IMG/VR virus record: IMGVR_UViG_2875535316_000004 | Reading direction: 5' to 3' (one strand) | From: an uncultured virus (IMG/VR IMGVR_UViG_2875535316_000004) | Lineage: Duplodnaviria > Heunggongvirae > Uroviricota > Caudoviricetes | DNA length: 64,000 bases | Made by a program: the position numbers and the translations under genes | Part shown: positions 18,092-28,511 of the stretch, one piece after another | Numbering within the stretch: the first letter of the stretch is position 1 | How the letters are laid out: each line of letters opens with the position of its first letter | The notes under the pieces: generated by a model | What the model was told of the DNA's origin: nothing | The model's input: the letters and a program-made list of their open reading frames with translations, nothing else | Database searches by the model: none

Positions 18092-21000
18092 CAGTGCCTC
18101 CCATTACTGTTTCGATGGCTCAAACCCCCGGCTCGCCAGGAATCAGAAATAGCCCGTTCCGCTACTCCTCTCATTTGCCGTTCCATGTTCTGCTGCAGCG
18201 CGGCGCTGTCCAACTCCATGCCATCCCCGCTCCGATCTTCCAAAGTCACGGCAACCGGAATACTGAGTTGAAGCACTGTCGAACCACCGCTGGCGCCGCC
18301 GACCATCTGCACACCAAGAGACCCATCGGGACCCCGCGCCAGTGGCATGATTGCCTCGGGCCCATCTTCACCAGCGACGCCAAGTCCACCGTTGCCCATG
18401 CCGAACATCGTCGGGGTGTTCAGGACGGAATTGGTAGCGAACCCTGCGCCCTTGGCGAAAAGCTGCACACCGCCAGACCAAGCGCCGCCCAATGCCTGCG
18501 GAAAATACGCACTGCCATAGCCAGCTTGTGACGCACCAAGATTCGACGAGACGGCGCCTGCAGACCCGGGAGCCATGCCGTTACCCCCACCACCGCCGAA
18601 GTAGCTCCCCACCGCAGATACGCCCAGCCCGACCAACCCACTTAGCAGCGAGCTAGCTGCCTGCTGGCTTGCAATCCTGGCCATGTCAGAGATCACACTT
18701 ACGGCGAAGCTCTTGAAGTTGGCCTTACCCGTCATGGCGAACTCGGCCACAGCATCGCGAGCCGAGTTGAAGCCGGTGGTAAGCATGTCGTCGGTTGCCC
18801 CCGCCACGTTCGCGGCGTCCGACTGGATGTTCGCCCAGGCGCGTTTGGCGCCGTTGCGATAGTCGCGCTGAGCTTCAAGGCGGGCCTCGAAGCCGTCGAC
18901 CTCCATTTGCAGTTCCCGTGCCTGGTAGTCGGCGAGGTCGGCCAGCCGCTGCTGATAGGCGTCCTGGCTGAGCCGACGCGAGACATCCTCCTGCTGTTCC
19001 TCCAACTGGCGGCGTGACTCGGCATACTTTTGCCGGACCGCGTTCAGCCGATCGGCCTCCTCGCGCTGGTCGTCGCCCATGCCGACGCCGGACACGTCTG
19101 CGTCGATGGCGTCTTGCCGGGTCTGCAGCACCACTTCCATAGCCTTGCGATAGGCCTCAGCGCTGTTGCGGCGGATCTCTGCAAGCTTCTTCTCCTCCTC
19201 GGCACGCTTCTGCAAAACCGGGTCGGCGTAGGCCGTGTTCAGATTCTTGATGCCAAGTTCCATCTCGGCGGCGGTGATCTTGCCCGCAGCTTGCGCCTTG
19301 CGCAGCCCCTGCACACCCTCCGCCAGATCCTCCAGCCGCTTTTTCTCCGGCAACGCGCGGTCGATGATCGCGTCGAGGGCCTTGATCTCATCCTTCAGCG
19401 CCTTCGTGCGGCCCTTGCTGCCCTCAGTAGCATCCTTGTTGGCCTTCTTCTGCGACTCGATCGCGCTGGCCGCCGAAAGAATCGCCTGGCGATCTGTTTC
19501 GGTGAGGTCAGCGTTTTCCGCGATGTAGCGGTTGGCGATTTTCGTCGCATCGCCGTTGTCCTGGAGGCCGGCTAGCTGCTTCTGCAGCGTCTCCAGGTAG
19601 GTCTGCCCCGCCGAGCTCATGCCAACCTTCGCGGCGTTGTTCGCCTGGGTGGCCGAGGTGTTTTCTTGGGTGAGGCCGGTGAGCACCCGCAGCGTTTCGG
19701 CGATCAGGTTCGAGCGTTGGTCGGCGTCGCTGACCGCACCGGCCTGGGTAATCCACTGCTGCACCGTGCTGGACGGCAGCTGAAGACGGTTGCCGACCTC
19801 TTGCAGGATCGGCGAAAGCCCTTGGCCCGCCGTGCGCGCTTCGTTGAGCCGATCAACCAGGCCTTGGTACTCAGCCAACTGCCGGTTGTACTGACCACCG
19901 GAGTCACGCGCCGGCGCAGTGACCACGGCAGAGCGGATGGACTGGGCCAGGTCGCCATACGCATCCTTGACCTTGTCCGCCGAGGAGATCTGTTCCTGCT
20001 GCCACTTGACCAGCGATGCTTCGCGCTGGTCCTTGTTGAGCTTTGCGAATTCCTCCCGAAGCTGGGCGACCGGCTTGCCCAGATCCTCCAGGCTAACGCC
20101 TGCCTGATCGACGTTGTTGCTCAGTAGCAGGAAGCTGGCAGCCGCCGTGCCGGCCAACAGGGCAAGCCCCATCGGGCCGCCCAGAACGCTGAGCAGGCCT
20201 GCACTGACTGTCCGAAGGCCGGCCTGGGCAGTTGCTACCGCGGTGGTAGCAGCTGCTTCGCGCTGCCGCGCCTGCGCCAGTTGGATGGACATTTGGGTCT
20301 GTACAGCAGTGCCACGCGCCGCCACTGCTTCGCGAGCTGCCAGGATGGTAGCGGTTTCGGCTTTGCGCTGATCGGCTAAGGCAGCCTGCAACACCGCTTC
20401 GGCCTGAGCGATACGCGCGGCGCGGTCGGCCAGCGCCGCTTTTACGGCCAATCCAGACTTAGCGACGTAGTTGGTCAACGCGGCGACGCCAGCTCCCCCC
20501 ATGGCCACGGCCACCAGGTCGACGTTGTCGGCCAGCGCAATCAGCACATTCGACAGGCCTGCTACGGCGCCGGTCTGCTCTTCCATCCCTCCGAGGAAGG
20601 TCTGCACGGCGTTGCCGATGTTCACCAAGGCGTCCTGTACGCTAGTGGACATATCAGCCGCAGCCTTACGGTTGGCCTCAACGGTGCGCAGCAGCCCGGT
20701 ATTGATGTCGTCAAGCGATAGCTTGCCCTGCACCCCCAGCTTGCGGATCTCTTCAGCGCTCTTGCCGGTGGCGTTGGCGATAGCCGTGACGATCGTCGGC
20801 ATGGCCTCCTGAATGGACACCCAGCCGTCGGCCTCGACTTTGCCGGTTTGCAGCGCTTTCGAGTAAGCATCCAGCGCTGAGCCTGCCTTGTCGGCGGCGG
20901 CGGCGTTGGTCACCAGCAGGAAGCTGAAGCTGTCGGTGATGTCGAGCGTCTGCTGGGTGTTGAAGCCCAGGCTGCGCATGACATCGGCAGTGCGAATGTA

Positions 21001-21381
21001 CAGCTCTTGGGCCTCGGCCAGGGGGCGGTAGGTTTCCTGGGCCGTGCGCAGCAGGTGTTCCTGCACCATCTGGTATTCGCCAGCACTGCCGGCGGCAGCC
21101 TTCATCCGATCCGACATCTGCCCGTAGGCGTCGACCTGCTTGATGATGCTGCCGATGATGCCAGCACCGGCCACGGCGGCAAAGGCGCCGCGGATGAGCA
21201 CGCCAGCCTGCTGGGCCGCGCCACCTGCGCTATCAAACGCGGAGTCGACTTGGGCCAGATTGCGGTCGATCGAATCAGTGGTGCGGGCCACCACCTGGTC
21301 AGCACTGGCCAGCTCCCGGCGCAGCTGAGCCGTTGTGGCCTCGATCTGGACCAGCATCCCCTGGACTTGTTGGTCGGCCAT
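18091..21381 (-). CDS. tape measure protein
   Basis: ~1096-aa Ala-rich helical protein, GEDGPEAIMPL C-terminal motif. Confidence 0.92.
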   Translation of the reverse strand: MADQQVQGMLVQIEATTAQLRRELASADQVVARTTDSIDRNLAQVDSAFDSAGGAAQQAGVLIRGAFAAVAGAGIIGSIIKQVDAYGQMSDRMKAAAGSAGEYQMVQEHLLRTAQETYRPLAEAQELYIRTADVMRSLGFNTQQTLDITDSFSFLLVTNAAAADKAGSALDAYSKALQTGKVEADGWVSIQEAMPTIVTAIANATGKSAEEIRKLGVQGKLSLDDINTGLLRTVEANRKAAADMSTSVQDALVNIGNAVQTFLGGMEEQTGAVAGLSNVLIALADNVDLVAVAMGGAGVAALTNYVAKSGLAVKAALADRAARIAQAEAVLQAALADQRKAETATILAAREAVAARGTAVQTQMSIQLAQARQREAAATTAVATAQAGLRTVSAGLLSVLGGPMGLALLAGTAAASFLLLSNNVDQAGVSLEDLGKPVAQLREEFAKLNKDQREASLVKWQQEQISSADKVKDAYGDLAQSIRSAVVTAPARDSGGQYNRQLAEYQGLVDRLNEARTAGQGLSPILQEVGNRLQLPSSTVQQWITQAGAVSDADQRSNLIAETLRVLTGLTQENTSATQANNAAKVGMSSAGQTYLETLQKQLAGLQDNGDATKIANRYIAENADLTETDRQAILSAASAIESQKKANKDATEGSKGRTKALKDEIKALDAIIDRALPEKKRLEDLAEGVQGLRKAQAAGKITAAEMELGIKNLNTAYADPVLQKRAEEEKKLAEIRRNSAEAYRKAMEVVLQTRQDAIDADVSGVGMGDDQREEADRLNAVRQKYAESRRQLEEQQEDVSRRLSQDAYQQRLADLADYQARELQMEVDGFEARLEAQRDYRNGAKRAWANIQSDAANVAGATDDMLTTGFNSARDAVAEFAMTGKANFKSFAVSVISDMARIASQQAASSLLSGLVGLGVSAVGSYFGGGGGNGMAPGSAGAVSSNLGASQAGYGSAYFPQALGGAWSGGVQLFAKGAGFATNSVLNTPTMFGMGNGGLGVAGEDGPEAIMPLARGPDGSLGVQMVGGASGGSTVLQLSIPVAVTLEDRSGDGMELDSAALQQNMERQMRGVAERAISDSWRAGGLSHRNSNGRH

Positions 21382-21426
21382 GCAAATCTCCAAGCACAAA
21401 AAAACCGCCCGGAGGCGGCACGCTAT

Positions 21427-21663
21427 CTACTGTTTAGGCCTCCCCCGCAGGAAGTTTTTGAGCTTTTCGGCGACGCTCTCCCGCTTCTGGGGCGCAGCTT
21501 GGGCTTTTCCTTGGTCAGCCTGCCCGCGCCCTGTCCAGTCGAGGTGGGCATCGAGCGCAAGCATGATCTGCGGGATGGGGGTCTGCCACGCGGTGTCAGG
21601 CGGCCAGCCAAGCCAGCCGGTGGCTACGCCGAATAGGTAATCGACGTAGCTGCCGTTCTTCAC
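21427..21663 (-). CDS. tail assembly chaperone, gpT-like (-1 frameshift portion)
   Basis: LGWPP.TAW motif; in -1 frame from the slippery site. Confidence 0.75.
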   Translation of the reverse strand: MKNGSYVDYLFGVATGWLGWPPDTAWQTPIPQIMLALDAHLDWTGRGQADQGKAQAAPQKRESVAEKLKNFLRGRPKQ

Positions 21664-22004
21664 TGCGCTGTGCTGGCCGCCTCGTCCTTTCCCCGGGCGG
21701 CAACGCTCGGCGGCACAGGGTTGAGTAGGACAGTGATGAACTCGGTCAGCTGACCGGACACTTTGGCTACACCGGAGTGGAATACTTCACCGGCGATGGC
21801 CGGGTGCTGATCGGGCTTTAGGTCGGCGCCGGCGATGACGATGTCTGCGCAAGCAGCAATGCTCATCAGGCGCATGGACTCCAGGGCTGCGCGCAACCCG
21901 CCAAAGCGGGCCTCAATGCGCAGGGCCGCATCCAACGTAGGCTTGAGGGTGTAACTGCGCGCACCGATCACCAGCGTGACGGTGCCATGCAAGGCTTCGC
22001 TCAT
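21660..22004 (-). CDS. tail assembly chaperone, gpG-like
   Basis: Between tail tube and tape measure genes. Confidence 0.8.
   Translation of the reverse strand: MSEALHGTVTLVIGARSYTLKPTLDAALRIEARFGGLRAALESMRLMSIAACADIVIAGADLKPDQHPAIAGEVFHSGVAKVSGQLTEFITVLLNPVPPSVAARGKDEAASTAQ
21687..21693 (-). other. -1 ribosomal frameshift slippery site G GGA AAG
   Basis: Same heptamer as lambda G-T; -1 frame reads open into 21427-21663. Confidence 0.8.
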
Positions 22005-22044
22005 TGGGGTTCTCGCAACGAAGGAAGGGGCTCAGCCCCTTCGG

Positions 22045-22545
22045 TCAAGGGACTGCCGGGCCGGCAGGGATTTCAATGATGTCGGTGTTGATCGCGAACG
22101 TCATATTGCGACGCACCACGTTATCGGCCGCACCTGGAGCCACGGTGTTGTTCATCACCTTCACCCCGAAGTAGAAGGTGGTGGGCAGGATGACAGGGCT
22201 TGCATCTGGGTCACCGTCGTTGAGCGTGACCTTGACGTTGTAGTTGCCCTTGGAGCGGTCCTTGTGCGCCGCCGACACGGCTTTTTGACCAGCATCGCCA
22301 CTGTCCAGACCCACGGTCATGGTCATGTTCCCCGCGTCGGCGGTGCCCTTGTACTTGCGCACGCGGCCATCGCTCAGGGAAGTGAAGTTTACGGCACTGA
22401 AGGTGTCGCCAAATTCGCCCAGGTCTTCGATCTCGCCCACCTGTACGTACGTGTCGGCCTTGTACTTGGTTTCGCTATCGGCACCGGTCTTTCCGCCGAT
22501 GGCAAGGCGGCAGCCCGCGGCTGTGTTGAGGTTGTCGTCGGCCAT
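22045..22545 (-). CDS. major tail (tube) protein
   Basis: GEIEDLGEFGD, KYKGTADAG motifs; synteny. Confidence 0.85.
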   Translation of the reverse strand: MADDNLNTAAGCRLAIGGKTGADSETKYKADTYVQVGEIEDLGEFGDTFSAVNFTSLSDGRVRKYKGTADAGNMTMTVGLDSGDAGQKAVSAAHKDRSKGNYNVKVTLNDGDPDASPVILPTTFYFGVKVMNNTVAPGAADNVVRRNMTFAINTDIIEIPAGPAVP

Positions 22546-22600
22546 GAGGGTTCCTCCAAAGGCACATTGGATAAAAGCCGCGGCGCGGCAGATGGGTAGT

Positions 22601-22987
22601 TCAGTGGGTAGTGATCACGCGGACGGTGATCGAGCCCTGGTAAGTAATGCCGTCGGCGTCGCGCTGAGCGTCGACCTGCTCGACCCGGATGGATACCGCG
22701 CGACCCACCTCCAATGGGAGGCGACGCTCGTCCAAAGCGGCGATGACTTCGCCGTTGATGCGCTTAACCTCGGCCTGACCCACGGCATCGGACCAGACGG
22801 ACAGGTACAACAGGCGCGTTTCGCGCTTGCGGCCAGCGATTGGGCTGCTGTTGACCGATACCTCCCGGTCGATGGATACGTAGGGCATTTCAGCATTCAA
22901 GGGCGCGCCGTCGTATATCGGGCAGCTGACCTCGGCCTGAAGCCTGGCGAAGATGGCCTCCTGCAGTGCCACAGATGGATCAGCCAT
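22601..22987 (-). CDS. tail terminator (DUF3168-like)
   Basis: ALQEAIFARL, PYVSI; synteny. Confidence 0.8.
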   Translation of the reverse strand: MADPSVALQEAIFARLQAEVSCPIYDGAPLNAEMPYVSIDREVSVNSSPIAGRKRETRLLYLSVWSDAVGQAEVKRINGEVIAALDERRLPLEVGRAVSIRVEQVDAQRDADGITYQGSITVRVITTH

Positions 22988-23555
22988 TGCCTACCCCCTG
23001 GCTTGCTTTACGCAGCGTTCGGCGGACTGCTTCCTGCAAATCGGCCATCACAAACTCGCGGTTTACATCCAAAGACGGCCGCAACCATGGGTGCGCCGGC
23101 CTCGCTGGTATGTCCGGGTACTTGCCGAAGAAGTGCTGCCCATCGGACTTGTTCTTCGTGTCGCGCTGGCGTATCGAGTTGCGCCGCCCTTTCAGTTGCG
23201 ACTTGTCGCGGTTGTTGGTGTGCACGCCGCCGATCGCGCTCCGGTCAGCTCGCTGGTACATGCTGCCGGAATAGCCCTTGGTGCCGTACTCAAGGAACCG
23301 CAGGTAAAAGAATCGGCGATTGTCTCGCTTGCCCCGTATGCCCACCTGAGCATCCAGCCCGCTGGGGGTGACGTAGACACGCAGGGCGGCTGCAGCAGCG
23401 CCGGTATCCTTGGGGATCAGCTGTCGCTGGGTTTCGAGTACCCGCGCGGCTGCTTTGGCCATGGCAGGCTGCAACTCGTTGTCCATCGTCTTGTGGATGT
23501 TGCGCAGCGTCCGGCGTAGCCGGATGTCACCGCGAAGGCTCGACCGGCGCGCCAT
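22980..23555 (-). CDS. HK97 gp10-like neck/tail protein
   Basis: PKDTG, FLEYGT, PAHPWLRP motifs. Confidence 0.85.
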   Translation of the reverse strand: MARRSSLRGDIRLRRTLRNIHKTMDNELQPAMAKAAARVLETQRQLIPKDTGAAAAALRVYVTPSGLDAQVGIRGKRDNRRFFYLRFLEYGTKGYSGSMYQRADRSAIGGVHTNNRDKSQLKGRRNSIRQRDTKNKSDGQHFFGKYPDIPARPAHPWLRPSLDVNREFVMADLQEAVRRTLRKASQGVGNG

Positions 23556-23558
23556 ACC

Positions 23559-23729
23559 CTACTCCTTGGCCGGATCAGCCTTTGCGGGCTTCGCGGCCTT
23601 GTCGGTGACCGCTTCGGCGTACCCCCGGGCAATCAGGCCTTCGCCATAGGCCTTGTCGACCTCGAACTCTTCGCCCTTCTCACGCTCACCAGATGCGCCC
23701 GTCAGCGGGCCTAGTGCTCGAATTTTCAT
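23559..23729 (-). CDS. small hypothetical virion-region protein (56 aa, below ORF-track cutoff)
   Basis: MKIRALGPLTG...LIARGYAE with GAGG RBS, fills the gap. Confidence 0.6.
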   Translation of the reverse strand: MKIRALGPLTGASGEREKGEEFEVDKAYGEGLIARGYAEAVTDKAAKPAKADPAKE

Positions 23730-23737
23730 CATTCACC

Positions 23738-24064
23738 TCATGGGTTAGGTACCGATGAGCAGAGAAGCCTCATCAAGGAGTTTTCGTTGTCCGGCAAAAC
23801 GGCCTCAACCTGGTAGGTGATCCCCCGGCGTGTCAGGCGCGATCCTGCGACGATATCTGGGCGCGGCCTGCCGATGATTTCGGCGGTTACAACAGCACTC
23901 AGCTTTTCAGCAACCGCAATGACCCGACCGCTTGGGGTACGAATCTCACCCCACATTTCAGGGCGAGCAGCTGGCAGCCACGTCACTGTGGCGCCCCCGG
24001 ATTTATTCCTCTCCTCGTGTCGATGAGCCACCTGCAGCCGATGACGCAGCGGCCCAGCCCTCAT
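23738..24064 (-). CDS. head closure/head-tail adaptor
   Basis: MRAGPLRHRL start; synteny. Confidence 0.82.
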   Translation of the reverse strand: MRAGPLRHRLQVAHRHEERNKSGGATVTWLPAARPEMWGEIRTPSGRVIAVAEKLSAVVTAEIIGRPRPDIVAGSRLTRRGITYQVEAVLPDNENSLMRLLCSSVPNP

Positions 24065-24402
24065 ATGCCCCACCCGATACGATGCGGCGTCAGGAGCGCC
24101 TTCGAACCTTGCGGCAGTTCGGTGGCGATGGTCCCAATCACAACGTCCTCGCGGTTGGCGTATAGCTGGCCGAGAATCAGCAAGCAGGCAGCCTTGATCT
24201 GCTTATTGCAGACCATGGGGGACTCGCCGGCATCGTCGGCAGCGACAGCTTCGTCCAGCGCTTGCTGATCTGCGTAGAAGCGACGGTTCAGATAGTCCAT
24301 AGCCTGCCCTTCTGCCGCCTCGATCAGGAGCTCCAGGTATTCGTCATCATCGTCGGGATCTCGGAGATGATGCCGGGCAATGGTCAAGCTGATGACCGAC
24401 AT
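24061..24402 (-). CDS. head-tail connector (gp6-like)
   Basis: HLR..DD, ACLLILGQLYANRE. Confidence 0.88.
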   Translation of the reverse strand: MSVISLTIARHHLRDPDDDDEYLELLIEAAEGQAMDYLNRRFYADQQALDEAVAADDAGESPMVCNKQIKAACLLILGQLYANREDVVIGTIATELPQGSKALLTPHRIGWGI

Positions 24403-24406
24403 ACCC

Positions 24407-24952
24407 TCACTCCTTCAGCGGTTCGAGCGATGCCAGATTCCGCTGCACCAGTTCATCCGCATGCCGGCGCGGGACCGTATAAGCAGGCCCGCCACGACGA
24501 CGAAGCTCGCCTTCATCCATGTAAGAGCGCAGCGGATAAATCTGAAGAGTCGCAGGGTTAGGGTTGGCCTGGCCCTCTTGTGCCAACTGATCAGCGCTGG
24601 TGCTGCTATCAGCCAAGGTTGAAGCGGCCTGACTGGCGTCTTCGGATAACGCAGCGTCAGTAGCGGCGATGCCGGAGCTAGCACCCTGATCGCCCGTGAC
24701 GACATCCGAGCCAGTGCCGGCAACTGCCTGTCCTTCTGCCGAAACCACTCCCGAGCTTTCCGCTGACCCTGGAGCAGTTGCAGGAGCCCCCGAATCGCCC
24801 GACCCGCCAGGGTCAACGCTCGCTGGAAGGGGCGCGGCGCCAGGCGAAAGAGGCGAGCCGGCTGTTTCAGAAGAGCCGCCGCTGGAGTCAACGGTAGAGG
24901 CCGGATCCTTCACATCAGCCGTGGATGCTGGTGTTTCCTGTTTACGTGCCAT
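24407..24952 (-). CDS. low-complexity hypothetical protein after capsid
   Basis: Ser/Ala/Gly-rich N-terminus and ordered C-terminus. Confidence 0.6.
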   Translation of the reverse strand: MARKQETPASTADVKDPASTVDSSGGSSETAGSPLSPGAAPLPASVDPGGSGDSGAPATAPGSAESSGVVSAEGQAVAGTGSDVVTGDQGASSGIAATDAALSEDASQAASTLADSSTSADQLAQEGQANPNPATLQIYPLRSYMDEGELRRRGGPAYTVPRRHADELVQRNLASLEPLKE

Positions 24953-25000
24953 TGGATTACTCCATTGGGGCGCCATTTCTGGCGCCACGTTGCGGAAGGT

Positions 25001-26188
25001 TTAAGGAGTGACCAGCGGGCCAGTAACGAACGCTTCGTCGCGATAGATGGCAAAGGCCAGGCGCTCTTCAGCACGAATCGTTGCCATGTTTTTCTCGAAG
25101 TCATCACTGTTCTCGGTCGAGATCAACACTTCGATTTCCATGCGGTCGAAGATCTGAGCGCCGAGCTTGAAGGCACCAACCAGGAAGTCGTTCTGGGTCA
25201 TGGCCTGGGTGGAAACCACCGGACGATTCCACAGCTTCGCGTTGGTGCCTTCTTGCGGTTGACCGATGATGTAGCGGCCTTCCCCGTCCTTGGTCAGCTC
25301 AATGGCCGCCCAGTCGATCGGGTTGAGCACGATGCCGTCCGATGGAAACTCGGCCAGTTCGGCCTGCAGCAGTGCCAGGCGCAGGCGGTCAATGCGCTGC
25401 TCGCCCACTACTGCAACGCCAGCCGGGGCGGCGTACAGTTGAGCAACGGTCATGAGGCCCTGCAGGTTCACACCGGTACCGTTGCCGTAAAGCAGCTGAG
25501 CCTCTTCAGCCATATTCAGGCCGTAGCGTGCACGACCGTCGATGTAGCTCTGCAGGGCCTTGGCATCGTCCAGCATCTGGCGGCTGGCTTTGAACAAATG
25601 GGCGATGGTTCGCACATTCGCAGTGGTCAGGCCGAAAGTGAGATCGGAGTATGGCTTGGCAGTGGTCTCCGCCACGGTGCGGGCGTTGTTGGTGAAGCCT
25701 GTCTCACGGACGTACTCGATCGAGTTCGATTCGGTGGTACCCGGCGCGACCAGGTCGCGAACGGTCAGTCGGCGTTGAGCTGGGGCAATAATCCCCGGCA
25801 GGCGCTGAGTCTGCACCAGGTCACCGCCGGTTGCGGTGGTGATGGCTGCACGCGGCACGGAGACACGACGAGAGCCGCGGAAGGATGAGTTCATGTCCTT
25901 CATTTCTTCGCTTTCGATCACGAGGGCGCCTACAGATTTCTGCGGCTCCTCCTGATGGTTGCGATCCCGGCTTGCGTTCACGAGCTTTTGCTCGGCCTCG
26001 CCCAATCGCGCCTGAAGCTCGCCCTGCTTGGTCAGCAGTTCATCAACCTTGGCGCGGGTTTCGGTATTCATTTCGCCGGAGGCCTTGATCTGCTTCTCGG
26101 TCGCCTCGGCCTGGCTTTTGATCTGATCGCCAATACCCTTGAGGCTGGCGTTGAGTTCCTTGACTTGGGCTTCAAAGTCCATGGTCAC
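25001..26188 (-). CDS. major capsid protein, HK97 family
   Basis: Coiled-coil delta domain; LLYGNGTG, LKDGEGRYI-like, IRAEER. Confidence 0.95.
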   Translation of the reverse strand: MTMDFEAQVKELNASLKGIGDQIKSQAEATEKQIKASGEMNTETRAKVDELLTKQGELQARLGEAEQKLVNASRDRNHQEEPQKSVGALVIESEEMKDMNSSFRGSRRVSVPRAAITTATGGDLVQTQRLPGIIAPAQRRLTVRDLVAPGTTESNSIEYVRETGFTNNARTVAETTAKPYSDLTFGLTTANVRTIAHLFKASRQMLDDAKALQSYIDGRARYGLNMAEEAQLLYGNGTGVNLQGLMTVAQLYAAPAGVAVVGEQRIDRLRLALLQAELAEFPSDGIVLNPIDWAAIELTKDGEGRYIIGQPQEGTNAKLWNRPVVSTQAMTQNDFLVGAFKLGAQIFDRMEIEVLISTENSDDFEKNMATIRAEERLAFAIYRDEAFVTGPLVTP

Positions 26189-27042
26189 TTTCCTTTCAGA
26201 GAATTGAGGAGGTTGGTTGCCGCGCTCAGAGAGGCGGAGAGGTCTGGCGCGACAGCGCGAGGCTTATCGGGCAGGGCAGCGTTATGCGTACCCCCGCCGG
26301 CAGCGCGAGGCATGCCGGACTTGAAACTGGCGAATAGTTCACGGCGCTCGGAACGAGGCATGCCGCCCTTGGCCAGGGCTACATCCATGGCCTTGAGTGC
26401 ATTGGCCTGGGCGGCGTCTTCGGTTTCGCGCTCGGTGACCTCTGTCGACGACAACAGCCCGGTGGCCAGGCCCAGCTCCACGGCGCGCTTGCCACGGATG
26501 TAGGTCTCGTCGTCCATCAGCTCAGCCATGTCCTCTGCCGACTGCCCACTGGTCTCGGCATAGAGGTCGGCCATCGCGGCGTCGAACTCCTGCATGTCGT
26601 CGGCGATATCACGCAGGTAATTGCGATTGCCAGCGAGCCAGGTCCAGCAGTTGTGGATCATGAGGAAGGCGCTGCTGGCCACCTCACGCTTCTTGCCAGC
26701 CAGAAAGACAATCGAAGCAGCGCTGGCGGCCATGCCGAGCACCTTGGTGGTGACCTCATGGCTGTGCTCTTGCAGACGGTTGTAAATGGCGATGCCTTCG
26801 AACATGTCGCCGCCTGGCGAGTTGATGTAGACGGTGACATCTCGCTCGCCGATGGCCCGCAGAGCGGCATCGATTCGCTTCAGTGTGACGCCTTCGCCAT
26901 ACCAGTCTTCGCCGATCACTCCGTAAACAGTGATGGTGTCCGAGGTGTTCTCGACGGCCGCCTGGATCGCGGGATTCCATTTTTCGAGCGCGCGCGGGCT
27001 CATCTCGCTGCGCAGGCCGCGAGACTGGATCTTGTGCTTCAT
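26185..27042 (-). CDS. ClpP-type prohead protease
   Basis: INSPGGD, AASAAS, LMIHN. Confidence 0.92.
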   Translation of the reverse strand: MKHKIQSRGLRSEMSPRALEKWNPAIQAAVENTSDTITVYGVIGEDWYGEGVTLKRIDAALRAIGERDVTVYINSPGGDMFEGIAIYNRLQEHSHEVTTKVLGMAASAASIVFLAGKKREVASSAFLMIHNCWTWLAGNRNYLRDIADDMQEFDAAMADLYAETSGQSAEDMAELMDDETYIRGKRAVELGLATGLLSSTEVTERETEDAAQANALKAMDVALAKGGMPRSERRELFASFKSGMPRAAGGGTHNAALPDKPRAVAPDLSASLSAATNLLNSLKGK

Positions 27043-27058
27043 GGATTGCTCCCGTGAT

Positions 27059-28363
27059 TTACTTTTCCGGCTGTTGGAGCCAGTTCATCAATGCGGCCCT
27101 TGCGGCCTGGCTATCGTTTTGCTTGCCCAGCTGGTCAAGTGGCACCAGGTTGGATTGCACGGTCAGTAGATCGCCACCCGGCATGCTCGGAAGGTTTTCT
27201 TTCCGCCGGCCCTCGTTTCGGGTCATGTAGCCGTTCTGCCCCATCGTGCTGAGATAGGCCGCGCGACCAGCGCTGTCCGCACGCAGGAACGCTTCAAGTG
27301 AGTACTCTGCGTAGAACTTGATCCGGTCAACAGCCGTCATGCACCACTTGTTTACGCACTGCTCGATAGGCGCCGTGAAGGACATGATGCAGTAGGTGAG
27401 AAACGCGATCTGCTGCTGTTCCAGGCCCGTGCCCCAGTTGCTGCCCTTGTCGGTCTTCATCACCATCCAGGGTGGGACGCCGAACCAGCGGCAGATTTCC
27501 TCGATGCTGTGTCCTCTCGACTCCAGCAACTGCGCATCAGCAGGGTTGATGCCGATCATTTCCGGCTTCACACCTTGCTCGAGCACGGGACTCTTGCCAG
27601 CATTCAACGCCCCGGAGATCGTCTTCACGTACTCACGAAACTCGACGCGCTGGGCTGGATTCAGCGTCTTGTCTACCGAAAATGCGACCGTCGGCATCAT
27701 GCCGTTCCGGAAGGTGCTGTTGGCGGCGTCGTCAGCAGACATCGCAGAACCGAAAACATCTGCACCGTACCGAATAGCAGAAAGGCCGACTCGGCCGTCC
27801 AGGGTGAAGGCTGGGATGTGCAGCATGTCCTGCCGCTGGATCTCTCGACGGGCTCCCTTTCGGGGCCTGAAGAAATACCTGAGCCGTCCATCGTCATCGA
27901 ACTCAAGGTCGACTCTCGACGGCATCAGGAAGTCCAAGGCGATGACGCGCCCAGCAGAGCGATGGATCTCGCAGTAGGCGTTGCCCCACAACAGCATCGA
28001 GGCGACGACTGCCTGCCAGAAATGGAAGGCAGCCATGTCTTCGTTGGGGCTGTTGTGCACAACGTCGTACAGCGGGAAATCGCGGGCGCTCTCTCGACTA
28101 CCATCGGGCATCCGCCGGTAGATGCTCAACGGCAAGCCAGCTACCGAAGTCGAGATAATCCGAACGCATGCCCACACGGTGGACAATCGCATGGCCTTAT
28201 CGACGCTGACTGACTTACCACTACTGGACTGGGCTCCGTTGAAAGCACTCCAGAAACCTCCATCCGACAGCTTGATGGTCTTGCCCAGCCATTCACTCAT
28301 ACTGGCTGAAGGCTTGGTGGCAGCAGCCCCCAATGCCTGGGATAGGGTTTTAATCACTGACAA
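27059..28363 (-). CDS. portal protein, HK97 family
   Basis: VWACVRII, LLWGNAY, EEICRWFGVPP, TRNEGRRKENLP. Confidence 0.95.
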   Translation of the reverse strand: MSVIKTLSQALGAAATKPSASMSEWLGKTIKLSDGGFWSAFNGAQSSSGKSVSVDKAMRLSTVWACVRIISTSVAGLPLSIYRRMPDGSRESARDFPLYDVVHNSPNEDMAAFHFWQAVVASMLLWGNAYCEIHRSAGRVIALDFLMPSRVDLEFDDDGRLRYFFRPRKGARREIQRQDMLHIPAFTLDGRVGLSAIRYGADVFGSAMSADDAANSTFRNGMMPTVAFSVDKTLNPAQRVEFREYVKTISGALNAGKSPVLEQGVKPEMIGINPADAQLLESRGHSIEEICRWFGVPPWMVMKTDKGSNWGTGLEQQQIAFLTYCIMSFTAPIEQCVNKWCMTAVDRIKFYAEYSLEAFLRADSAGRAAYLSTMGQNGYMTRNEGRRKENLPSMPGGDLLTVQSNLVPLDQLGKQNDSQAARAALMNWLQQPEK

Positions 28364-28511
28364 GCCCTCTGCGGATGAAGCCGGCGATGCAGAAGAAGCT
28401 CAGCGATCCAGCCAGCAAGGCCCAGCCGGTACCAGCCAGCATCCAGACCCCGCCGCATGCCAAGCAAAAAGCGACTACTGCGCAGGCGATGAAAATATGA
28501 AATGCGTTCAT
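28350..28511 (-). CDS. small membrane protein between terminase and portal (53 aa)
   Basis: Two hydrophobic segments; ATGA overlap with terL. Confidence 0.55.
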   Translation of the reverse strand: MNAFHIFIACAVVAFCLACGGVWMLAGTGWALLAGSLSFFCIAGFIRRGLVSD

